A DNA stretch of 64,000 nt, from the IMG/VR virus record IMGVR_UViG_3300027751_001020, positions 26,067 through 90,066 of that record; one strand, written 5' to 3'. The notes under the pieces are model-generated. The model had not been told where the DNA came from, did not search any database, and saw only the letters and a list, made by a program, of their open reading frames with translations. The number at the start of each line of letters is the position of its first letter. Within the stretch, counting starts at the first letter, position 1. The translations under genes were made by a program, and so were the position numbers. Origin of the DNA: a virus. Of this stretch, positions 1 through 9,600 are shown one piece after another.

Positions 1-405
1 GCTAAAATGGACCCCTGGTTAGCTCCTATCTACCACAATCTTTATATGTTGTACAACGAAGAGAAAGTAAAGAAGGAATTAGAAGAAGGTAGAATAGAAA
101 TTGTTCCTTTTGCGTTCATGAGAGGTAGAACTTTCGTAGATTCTTTTGTAATAGTAGATGAAGCACAGAATGTTACCCATTCTCAAATGGAAACAGTAGT
201 AGGACGTCTAGGAAGAGGATCCAAGATGGTAATTTGCGGGGATATGGCACAAATTGACCTAAAAGATAAAAGAGAAACCGGTTTTTCCTTCCTAAGCCGA
301 ATAGAAGAACAAGTAGAAGGGTTTAAAACAATAAATCTTGAACATAATCACAGACATCAGATAGTAGCACCGATACTTAAGGTATACCAGACCTTTAGAG
401 ATTAA
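1..405 (+). CDS. phoH: PhoH-like ATPase (C-terminal part; runs off the left edge)
   Basis: Motifs AFMRGRTF, VIVDEAQN and ICGDMAQIDL are diagnostic of PhoH; the frame is open to base 1. Confidence 0.93.
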   Translation, partial: AKMDPWLAPIYHNLYMLYNEEKVKKELEEGRIEIVPFAFMRGRTFVDSFVIVDEAQNVTHSQMETVVGRLGRGSKMVICGDMAQIDLKDKRETGFSFLSRIEEQVEGFKTINLEHNHRHQIVAPILKVYQTFRD

Positions 406-409
406 TTAC

Positions 410-417
410 TATTTATA
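410..417 (+). promoter_or_regulatory. Putative late promoter TATTTATA
   Basis: Recurrent intergenic motif, 16 nt before the neck gene ATG. Confidence 0.6.
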
Positions 418-433
418 AGTAAACTATATATAA

Positions 434-1576
434 ATGGCTAATGTAACTATATGGGATGGTAGTGCTACCTTTGTAACAGGTTCTACCCCTTTTGGATTCT
501 ACGATAGCGATACCCAATTTCAAACAGATGCTGAGAAAGTAGCTAAATTTTGTGGTACTCGACTAGGATATCCTATGATGGATGTTGAGTTACAAGATGA
601 AAACTTCTTTGCTTGCTTTGAAGAAGCTGTTTCTACTTACGGTAACGAAGTATTTCAATATAAAATAAGAGAAAACTACTTATCTTTAGAAGGATCAAGC
701 AATGTAACATCAGCTAACAATAAAATTATTAACCCTACATTAGAGAGGATTATTAATATTAGTAAGAACTACGGTACTGAAGCCGATGCTGGAGGATTTG
801 TAACTAGATACTCAGGGTCTATCGCTATGACTAGTGGAGTACAGGAATATAACCTTGAACAATGGGCTGTAGACCAAGGTATAACAGGTAGTATTGAGGT
901 TAGAAAAGTATTTTACGAAGCACCTCCTGCTATCTTACGTTATTTTGACCCATATGCAGGTACTGGAACAGGTATTCAATCATTAATGGATGCTTTTGAC
1001 TTCGGATCATTCAGTCCTGGTGTAAACTTCTTATTAATGCCAGCCTCTTTTGATGTAATGAAGGTACAGGCTATTGAATTCAACGATCAAATAAGAAGAT
1101 CGGCGTATTCTTTTGAAATGGTTAATAATAGACTTAAGATATTCCCAGTTCCTAAGAACGATCACTTATTAAGATTTGAATATTACAAAGTAGATGATAA
1201 AAAAGCAGCTACTTTTATAGATGGAACTAACTTAATCACTAATGTAGGGGAAGTTCCTTATGAAAATCCATTATATACAGGTATAAACAGTGTAGGTAGA
1301 CAATGGATCTTTAAATATACATTAGCTTTAGCTAAAGAACTACTTGCTTATGTTAGAGGAAAGTACCAAACAGTACCAGTTCCTGGTTCAGAAGCTACTC
1401 TAAACCAAGCAGATCTATTAGCTGACTCAAGAGCAGAGAAAACAGAGCTTTTAACTAACTTAAGAGAGATGTTAGACCAAACTTCTCGCCAGGCACAGTT
1501 AGAACGTAAGGCTAATGAAGGAGAAAACCTTAGTAAAACATTAAAAGAGGTTCCAATGGTCATTTATATAGGATAA
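434..1576 (+). CDS. Neck/head-completion protein (T4 gp13-like)
   Basis: LGYPMMDVEL N-terminal motif, W(IF)KYTLALAKELL..VRGKY C-terminal motif, and position before gp14/gp15-like genes. Confidence 0.75.
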   Translation: MANVTIWDGSATFVTGSTPFGFYDSDTQFQTDAEKVAKFCGTRLGYPMMDVELQDENFFACFEEAVSTYGNEVFQYKIRENYLSLEGSSNVTSANNKIINPTLERIINISKNYGTEADAGGFVTRYSGSIAMTSGVQEYNLEQWAVDQGITGSIEVRKVFYEAPPAILRYFDPYAGTGTGIQSLMDAFDFGSFSPGVNFLLMPASFDVMKVQAIEFNDQIRRSAYSFEMVNNRLKIFPVPKNDHLLRFEYYKVDDKKAATFIDGTNLITNVGEVPYENPLYTGINSVGRQWIFKYTLALAKELLAYVRGKYQTVPVPGSEATLNQADLLADSRAEKTELLTNLREMLDQTSRQAQLERKANEGENLSKTLKEVPMVIYIG

Positions 1577-1875
1577 TGAAACTAATAGACATCATATCAG
1601 AGGTACAATTCAATACATACGAAGGTATGGTACAGGTAATCTATGACGATACCACGAATTCTACCCAAGTAGCCGCTTTGATGAGGGCTTTACCTGGTGT
1701 AACTACGGTAACACTTGCTTCTGATGAAGGAAAGAACAGAGAAACGTTAAAGATTAAGTTAATTACACAGAAAACTGGTGAAGAAGCGTTTCAAGCGTTA
1801 AAACAAAATGCTATTAAGAAGTATCCGCCTATTAAAGTGGTGAATATAGGTACAAACACCATAGAGAAGAAGTAA
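1576..1875 (+). CDS. Hypothetical late protein, possible internal head protein
   Basis: TAATG coupling at both ends; N-terminus MKLIDIISE. Confidence 0.65.
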   Translation: MKLIDIISEVQFNTYEGMVQVIYDDTTNSTQVAALMRALPGVTTVTLASDEGKNRETLKIKLITQKTGEEAFQALKQNAIKKYPPIKVVNIGTNTIEKK

Positions 1876-2369
1876 TGATATTTGGATCCAATAGAGACTT
1901 TAATTTACTAGTAGGTATTAACCGAGAACTACTATCAGATGTAGTAGAACAGGAGGTACTATACTATAAACTTAGTTTAGAGGATACAGAAGCCAATATA
2001 TATGGAGAAGCCACTTCAAAATCATATTGGTCACCATTAAAACTCAATTGTTTAATAACAAGAGGTGATCAAGTAGTTACTAACGATGAATTTGGACCAG
2101 ATATGTCAAGAGATGTATCATTTGCGTTTTTAAGACAAGATTTAGTTGATACTAATATGGTACCTGAGGTAGGAGATATACTTAACTGGCAAGAAGATTA
2201 CTATGAAGTAGATACAGTTAGGGAGAACCAATTATTCGTAGGTAGAGACACGTCTTATAACTTAACACCGTACGGTCAACAGTTCGGTTCATCAGTATCT
2301 ATAATAGTTGATTGTCATATCACAAGAAGAGAAAGAACAGGTATCGAATTTGAAGGTACAACATACTAA
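1875..2369 (+). CDS. Neck/head-closure protein (T4 gp14-like)
   Basis: NIYGEA and PEVGDIL.W..YYEVD motifs; synteny. Confidence 0.7.
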   Translation: MIFGSNRDFNLLVGINRELLSDVVEQEVLYYKLSLEDTEANIYGEATSKSYWSPLKLNCLITRGDQVVTNDEFGPDMSRDVSFAFLRQDLVDTNMVPEVGDILNWQEDYYEVDTVRENQLFVGRDTSYNLTPYGQQFGSSVSIIVDCHITRRERTGIEFEGTTY

Positions 2370-2373
2370 TACT

Positions 2374-2655
2374 ATGAAAATACAAGATATACTTAAAGAA
2401 CAAGACTGGAAACAAGATGATCCTGATTTCAAATCAAAAAAGACAGGAGTTGACCCGGTAACCGGTACTATATCTTGGGATATTGAGTATACACCGTTAA
2501 AAGGTGTAGATGACGCTATAGAAGATGCGTACCAAGACTATAAAGCGGTGTTAAAGAAGTATCCGGAAGATCAAAAGCTGGAACAGTTGTTCAATATCTT
2601 CAGTTCTTTTAAAAAGGCGTATAGAACACATGTAAACCGTAAATATGGCAAATAG
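2374..2655 (+). CDS. Hypothetical late protein, possible internal head protein (start revised from 2308 to ATG 2374)
   Basis: In-frame ATG 4 nt after the previous stop; N-terminus MKIQDILKE. Confidence 0.6.
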   Translation: MKIQDILKEQDWKQDDPDFKSKKTGVDPVTGTISWDIEYTPLKGVDDAIEDAYQDYKAVLKKYPEDQKLEQLFNIFSSFKKAYRTHVNRKYGK

Positions 2656-3505
2656 TAAAGAGACAAACCAGGTTGTACCTAAATCTCAGGTAGAACTTTC
2701 CCAAAATACTATTGAAACCTATACCAATCAAGGTAAGGTCCCTGCCCCTGACCCTAAAAGACGAGTAGATCAACGTTCTGTTAAAGGAGATGATACAAAA
2801 AGACTCAGTATAGGGCTAAGAGACTTAGATGAAGCCATATTCTACTATTTTAACAACGTAATTAAACCATCTGTTATACAGAATGGAGTACAAAAACCTG
2901 TTCCTGTACTATACGGTTCACCAGAAAGATGGGCTTCAGTACAGAAAGACGGATTTTATAGAGATAAGAACGGAAAGATACAAGTTCCGTTGATAATGAT
3001 AAAAAGAGATAGTGTAGAAAAAAATAGAACACTTGGTAACAAGATGGACGCTAATAATCCTACACAATTTGGTATATTTGAAAAGAAGTTTTCGAAGAAA
3101 AACACATATGATAGATTCTCAGTATTAAATACTAGGTCAATAGTTAAAGAATACCAAGGAGTCGTTATACCAGACTATGTAAACCTAGTATATTCCTGTA
3201 CAATCTTTACAGAGTATGTAGAACAAATGAATAAGTTAGTAGAGGCAGTTAACTATGCATCAGACGCTTACTGGGGTGACCCAGAAAAGTTTAACTTTAG
3301 AGCGATGATTAATAACTATACTACATCTACTGAGTTAACACAAGGTCAAGACAGAACAGTTAAGACAACTTTTCAAATTAACCTACTTGGACATATAATT
3401 CCAGATGGAATAAATACATTGCCGCAAGGTAATATGAAGTTCTTTAGTAAGGCAGCAGTTTTATTTGGAGTAGAAGCAGTTAATAATATAAACGACTTAG
3501 AATAA
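2645..3505 (+). CDS. Tail terminator / tail-completion protein (T4 gp15-like)
   Basis: VPVLYGSPERW, PLIMIKR and IPDYVNLVY..MNKLVE motifs; synteny. Confidence 0.72.
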   Translation: MANSKETNQVVPKSQVELSQNTIETYTNQGKVPAPDPKRRVDQRSVKGDDTKRLSIGLRDLDEAIFYYFNNVIKPSVIQNGVQKPVPVLYGSPERWASVQKDGFYRDKNGKIQVPLIMIKRDSVEKNRTLGNKMDANNPTQFGIFEKKFSKKNTYDRFSVLNTRSIVKEYQGVVIPDYVNLVYSCTIFTEYVEQMNKLVEAVNYASDAYWGDPEKFNFRAMINNYTTSTELTQGQDRTVKTTFQINLLGHIIPDGINTLPQGNMKFFSKAAVLFGVEAVNNINDLE

Positions 3506-3506
3506 A

Positions 3507-3926
3507 ATGGCAAATAGATACTCAACTACTAGAATCAATACAACAACAGTTAGGTTTTATGATCAAGCGATGACAAAACTTAATACTATCAATATAGAAG
3601 AATCTATGACAGCAGAACAAAAACTATATCTAGGTCTAAATAAGGCTTACAGCAGTAACAATAAAACAGCTACAGTAATACCAGCAACATCAGAACAAAA
3701 CGCAATTGTAGAGTTCGCAGATCTTACTTTCGCTACACCTCCAGCAGGTTTCCCTGACCTAACAAAGACAGATTTCAACCTATTTATTAACGGGGTCTTA
3801 GTTGAAACAGATGCTATTGATTCTATTGTTCAAAATGGTACCGCTACCAAGGTTACACTAAACGCTGGACTTAACTTTGAGATAGAAGGTACAGATGAGT
3901 TCATGATAACCGGGAAATTTGCATAA
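3507..3926 (+). CDS. Hypothetical virion protein
   Basis: Beta-rich domain (FNLFINGVLVE...DEFMITGKF) inside the structural operon. Confidence 0.65.
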   Translation: MANRYSTTRINTTTVRFYDQAMTKLNTINIEESMTAEQKLYLGLNKAYSSNNKTATVIPATSEQNAIVEFADLTFATPPAGFPDLTKTDFNLFINGVLVETDAIDSIVQNGTATKVTLNAGLNFEIEGTDEFMITGKFA

Positions 3927-3929
3927 TAG

Positions 3930-5990
3930 ATGGCATTAATACAGTGGAAACAGATAAATCCTGAACTTTTAGGAAATGGCCGACTTACAGGTTCACTAGA
4001 AGTATCAGGATCCATAATACTTAACGGAGTAAACCTTTCAGCAGCACAAGGAGGCGGTGGAGGAGTACTTCCTAGTGGAGTAGTATCTGGTTCCAAACAA
4101 ATAGAAGCACAAGGATTTGCTTATAGCTCTTCAGTTGATGCTTTACAAGCTTCTATTACTTCTTTAATACTAAGTAGCTCTACTTATTTAACAAGTATAA
4201 GCGGATCAAATATACAAGATCTTGCTAATGTAGACATAACTAATATAGTTAACGGTCAAATACTTGCTTATAATTCTCAAACAGGTTTATTTGAACCAAC
4301 CTCTGCCGGTCAAGGAGATATTACAGCAGTATATTCTGGAGTTGGACTAAATGGAGGAGGAACCTCAGGAGTAGTAGCTTTAGAAGTTACACCCGGTAAT
4401 GGAATTATTGCAAATAATCAAGGAGTACATTTAGATACAGGATCTGCACACTTTATAGCAGGGGTTAACACCCATATTAACATTTTATCAGCATCTATTG
4501 CTACACAGCTATCAAATATAATTCATACAGATATTTCTGCATTAGACCTATTTACTAGTTCAGCAGATGTAAGAATATCTTCATTAGAAACTTTTTCTGC
4601 ATCATTAGATACATCTTTTGTAACAGAAGTAGAATTAAAATTAGCAACAGCATCATTATCATCCTCTACAGCACAAGCTAACCTAGATTTATCTGGATCT
4701 GCACATATTCAAAGATTAGCACTAAGTAGTTCATTAAAGGACTATACAGATGCTAAATTTGCATCATTAGTAGATGGAGCACCAGAATTACTAGATACAT
4801 TAAATGAATTAGCAGCAGCAATTGGAGATGATCAAAATATTTCTTCATCGTTAGTTACTTCTATAGCAGATAAAGCTAGTAATGCAGAACTATCCAACGT
4901 TTCTGCTTCTTTAGCAGCAACAATAAGCTCCATACCTAAAGGTATTGACTATGTTTCTGGATCGAATACTACATTACTTTCACAAATAGAGGTATTAGAT
5001 TACGATAATAACGTAGCAACAGTTTTTCAAGATGGAAAACTTAAATTTATATTTGGAGAACCAGCTTTACCTACGTCTTTAAATGCAAGTATAGGTGGAT
5101 TTAGTACTGATAGATTTAATAAGCAATTAGATAGCTATTCGGTTAACGCTTCTTGGAGTAACGGAGGGTATACGCTCATTTCTGCTTCATTATATGAAGG
5201 TTCTACATTACTTACTAAGGTAGGGACAGGAACATCTCTTAGCTTTGATCAAAACACAAGCGGATCACATTCATATACCTTATACTATACAGCAAGTTCA
5301 CCATTAGACGGAAATATACATACCAACACAGATTATATTTCTGGAAACTTAAGTAAATCACAACCTACTTCTCCTTCTATTAGTTCAACCGCTACAGTAG
5401 AGTTAGGAGCTAGTTCAAATCAGATAGAACAAGGTGCAGTAGGAAATATATCTTTTACATCAGCGTATGGAAGTGCAAACGGATGGACAGAAGTATCATT
5501 AGTAGATACTCCAAACACCTCTCCATTTACAGTATCAAGAGATTCTTCCTTAGAAACAATAACAACAGTAGCCAACTATGAATCTCCAATAGGTTCAAAT
5601 GATCCACAAATCACTACGTCAAGAACTACTAGTACAAACTACAGTAAAATAAGAAGTCTTCGTTTTGGAGCTTCGGCTGCAGTTAGTTTCACACAAGCTG
5701 AATTAGAAACCCTATCAAACTGGGATACTACTTTAGGAGGAGGAATTGGTACTATCAATAAAGGTACAACTAACCCAAATGGACAAAGTGTAACTATTGT
5801 CTGGAGTGGTGATAAGTACCATTATATAGTTTTTGACAGTTCAAGAAGTAACCTTAGTAACATAACCACAAGTGGGTTTGGAGTATTAGGTTCGTTCTCA
5901 GTTACAACAGTCGGAGATTATAAAATTTATAAGTCTAACACTTTACAAGCTGGAGGAGCTAGTAGCAGTATAACTTATAACTTAACTTAG
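3930..5990 (+). CDS. Ser/Thr-rich fibre-like virion protein
   Basis: Phage fibre motif LVDGAPELLDTLNELAAAIGDD, a GDITAV..G.GL.GGG motif and beta-rich C-terminal domains. Confidence 0.7.
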   Translation: MALIQWKQINPELLGNGRLTGSLEVSGSIILNGVNLSAAQGGGGGVLPSGVVSGSKQIEAQGFAYSSSVDALQASITSLILSSSTYLTSISGSNIQDLANVDITNIVNGQILAYNSQTGLFEPTSAGQGDITAVYSGVGLNGGGTSGVVALEVTPGNGIIANNQGVHLDTGSAHFIAGVNTHINILSASIATQLSNIIHTDISALDLFTSSADVRISSLETFSASLDTSFVTEVELKLATASLSSSTAQANLDLSGSAHIQRLALSSSLKDYTDAKFASLVDGAPELLDTLNELAAAIGDDQNISSSLVTSIADKASNAELSNVSASLAATISSIPKGIDYVSGSNTTLLSQIEVLDYDNNVATVFQDGKLKFIFGEPALPTSLNASIGGFSTDRFNKQLDSYSVNASWSNGGYTLISASLYEGSTLLTKVGTGTSLSFDQNTSGSHSYTLYYTASSPLDGNIHTNTDYISGNLSKSQPTSPSISSTATVELGASSNQIEQGAVGNISFTSAYGSANGWTEVSLVDTPNTSPFTVSRDSSLETITTVANYESPIGSNDPQITTSRTTSTNYSKIRSLRFGASAAVSFTQAELETLSNWDTTLGGGIGTINKGTTNPNGQSVTIVWSGDKYHYIVFDSSRSNLSNITTSGFGVLGSFSVTTVGDYKIYKSNTLQAGGASSSITYNLT

Positions 5991-5997
5991 AGCATAT

Positions 5998-6582
5998 ATG
6001 GCAATTATAATACCTGGTGGATTTAACATAACTAACAACGATCCTGTTGATGCAAGGATAACCGTTGCGGATCAAACTGCACGTTTATCATTCTCAATAG
6101 CGAACGTATATGAAGGTTTAGTTGTATTCCAGAGAGATACAAACCAGTTATATGTATTAACCGATTCTCTTAACCCTGGAGACAATATTAGCTGGGCATT
6201 AATCTCTGCAGCACAAGAAGGAGCAGCTCTAGCAGGTATAGCAGCAGGAAACGGATTGACAGGAGGTGGATCTTCTGGAAATGTTAACGTATCATTAGAT
6301 ACAGGTTCAAACCATTTTATCACAGGAGTAATAGATCTTAACATATTTCAGGATATGGGATCGTATTACTCAACTACAAATGAATTACAAGTCACAGGAT
6401 CTTTAACTCTAAGGAAAGATGAATCTGGAGACGCTTTATCCATATATAATGGAGATACAAAAACGTTTGGAATATCAAACGAAGGTATCATATTAATGGC
6501 TACACAGTCTGCCACACCGACTGTACAAAAAGGAGGGATGTACTTAGATGAGAATTACAACCTTTTTATAGGTCAGGAATAA
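5998..6582 (+). CDS. Virion/fibre-associated protein
   Basis: N-terminal PVDAR..V....R...YEGLVVF domain; AAGNGLTGGGSSG..SLDTGSNHF module shared with the 3930 gene. Confidence 0.65.
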   Translation: MAIIIPGGFNITNNDPVDARITVADQTARLSFSIANVYEGLVVFQRDTNQLYVLTDSLNPGDNISWALISAAQEGAALAGIAAGNGLTGGGSSGNVNVSLDTGSNHFITGVIDLNIFQDMGSYYSTTNELQVTGSLTLRKDESGDALSIYNGDTKTFGISNEGIILMATQSATPTVQKGGMYLDENYNLFIGQE

Positions 6583-6593
6583 CATTTTAACTA

Positions 6594-6600
6594 TATTTAT
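6594..6600 (+). promoter_or_regulatory. Putative late promoter TATTTAT(T)
   Basis: Motif 31 nt before the giant fibre ATG. Confidence 0.5.
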
Positions 6601-6631
6601 TAATAAGCATTAACTTAAAAACTCGAATAAC

Positions 6632-9600
6632 ATGCCAACATGGAAGAAGGTCGTCGTTTCAGGTAGTGGGGTCTCCCAACTAGCTAATGACGCAAATTAT
6701 TTAATTGACGCACAGACTGGTGCGATCCTTACAGGTTCCTTTACTGGTTCCTTTACAGGGGACGGTTCAGGTCTTACCGGCATCGCTTCTACTCTTGCTT
6801 TCAGCGGAGATTCAGGAACCGATACGTTAAACCTAAAAACAGAAACATTAACCATTGATGGTGCATCTGGAATTGCAACCTCAGTAACCGATAATAAGAT
6901 TACTATCGATGCTGCAGGTTTATCTGGATCAGCTCACACTCAACGTAAGGCAATTGAATCTAGCCTATCTTCTGATATTTCAGCTGAAGAAACTAGAGCT
7001 TTAGCAGCGGAAGGTGTACTTCAAGGTAATATTGATTCTGAAGCATCTGCAAGATCTGCAGCAGATTTAACCTTACAAGGAAATATCGATGCAGAAGCTT
7101 CTTCTAGAGCAGCAGCAGATACTACCTTACAAGGTAACATTGATTCTGAAGCATCAGCTAGAGAAGCAGCAGATTTAACCTTACAAGGTAACATTAACAG
7201 CGAAGCTTCTACAAGAGCTACAGCAGATACTGCATTACAAAACAGTATAAACAGTTTATCTGGATCTTCTGCAGCAGCCTTAGCTTCTAAAGGAACTGCA
7301 TTACAATCTAGTATTGATTCTGAAGCATCTGCAAGATCAGCAGCTGATACGACATTACAGTCTAATATCGACGCTGAAGCATCTGCTAGAACTTCTGCAG
7401 ACTCTGTATTACAGAGCAACATTACTAGTTTATCTGGTTCTGCTCATACAGCTAACGCTAACTTAAAATCTGATTTAACTTCTGCTTACACAGCAGCTGA
7501 TTCTGCTTTATCTGCATCTGCAGCAGCAGCGTTAGCCGGAGTAGCAGCAGCTCAATCTTCTGCATACATTGCAGCTGATACAGCATTAAGTTCTTCAGCA
7601 CACACACAACGTTTAGCAATCGAATCTTCTTTAGATGGTAAAATTACTACTGAGAAAGAAAGAGTTGACGCTATCTTATTAGCATCTGACGCTGACAAAG
7701 ATTCATTTGCTGAAATTGTATCGTTAATTAACTCAGTAGATACAGCTAACGATACAGCATTTGCAGGATTCGTTACTTCATCTAATGCAAGAGCAACAGC
7801 AATTGAAGGAAGCGTAACAGCTTTATCTTCTTCAGCAGCAGTAGCTAACGGTAACCTATCATCTGATTTAACAGCAGCTTTCCAAGCAGCAGACTCTACA
7901 TTACAGGGTAACATCAATACTGAAGCATCTTCTAGAGCAGCAGCTGATACAGTATTACAAGGTAACATTGATTCTGAAGCATCTGCAAGATCTGCAGCAG
8001 ACAGTGCATTATCTTCTTCAGCAGCTCAAGCATTAGCAGACGCAGTAGCAGCACAATCTTCTGCATACATTGCAGCTGATTCTGCTTTATCATCTTCAGC
8101 TCACGTACAGAGAGAAGCTATCAAATCTGGATTATCTTCTGATATCTCTTCTGAAGCATCTGCTAGAACATCTGCAGATTTAACTTTACAAGGTAATATC
8201 GATAGTGAAGCAGCTACAAGAGCAACTGCTGATACAACCTTACAAGGTAATATCGATAGTGAAGCAGCTACAAGATTAGCTAATGATAATATACTACAAG
8301 GTAATATAGACGCAGAGGCTACTTCAAGAGCAGCAGCTGATTCAACATTACAATCTAACATCAACAGTTTATCTGGATCTTCAGCAGCAGCTTTAGCTTC
8401 TAAAGGATCTGCTTTAACTTCTGCTTTCCAAGCAGCTGATTCAGCACTATCTTCTTCAGCAGCAGTAGCTAACGCTAACTTAAAATCAGATTTAACTTCT
8501 GACTTCCAAGCAGCTGATTCAGCATTAAGTTCTTCTGTAGCCTCTGCATTAGCAGCAGCAGTAGCAGCTCAATCAACAGCTTATATTGCAGCAGACAATG
8601 CATTAAGTTCATCAGCTCACTCTCAAAGACTTGCTATTGAATCATCTTTAGATGGTAAAATAACAACTGAGAAGGATAGAGTAGATGCAATCTTATTAGC
8701 TTCAGACGCTGATAAAGATTCATTTGCAGAGATTGTTAGTTTAATTAACAGTGTAGATACAGCTAACGACCAGGCATTTGCTGGATTTGTTACTTCTTCT
8801 AACGCTAGAGCAACAAATATCGAAGCTAGTGTAGTTTCTTTATCTGGTTCAGCTCATACAGCTAACGCTAACCTAAAATCAGATGTAACTTCTGCTTTCC
8901 AAGCAGCTGATGCAACTTTACAATCAGCAATTAATAGCTTATCCGGTTCTTCAGCTACAGCTTTAGCATCTAAAGGGTCTGCTTTAACTTCTGCATACCA
9001 AGCAGCTGATAGTGCATTATCTTCTTCTGCAGCACAAGCATTAGCAGACGCAGTAGCAGCACAATCTTCTGCCTACATTGCAGCTGATTCAGCATTAAGT
9101 TCTTCTGCACATACTCAGAGATTAGCTATCGAATCAGGATTATCTTCTGATATTTCTTCTGAAGCTTCTACAAGAGCAGCAGCAGATGTAGCTTTACAAG
9201 GTAATATTGATTCTGAAGCAGCTACAAGATTAGCTAATGACAATACATTACAATCTAACATTGACGCTGAAGCATCTTCTAGAGCTACTGCAGATACTAC
9301 ATTACAATCAAATATAGACGCTGAGGCTTCTGCTAGAACTTCTGCAGATTCCACTTTACAGTCTAACATTGATTCTGAAGCATCAGCAAGAGCAGCAGCA
9401 GATACTGTACTTCAAGGAAACATTGACAGTGAAGCAGCTACAAGATTGGCTAATGACAATACATTACAATCTAACATTACTTCATTATCTGGTTCTTCAG
9501 CAACAGCTTTAGCATCAGCTAAGTCAACTATCGAATCAGGATATGCAGCAGCAGATACAGCGTTATCTAGCTCAGTAGCTTCTGCTTTAGCATCTAAAGG

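Noticed and set aside
2308-2373. Longer starts given by the ORF track for 2308, 30976 and 49553
   Set aside because: They overlap upstream genes; in-frame ATGs (2374, 31015, 49601) lie just after the upstream stop codons.
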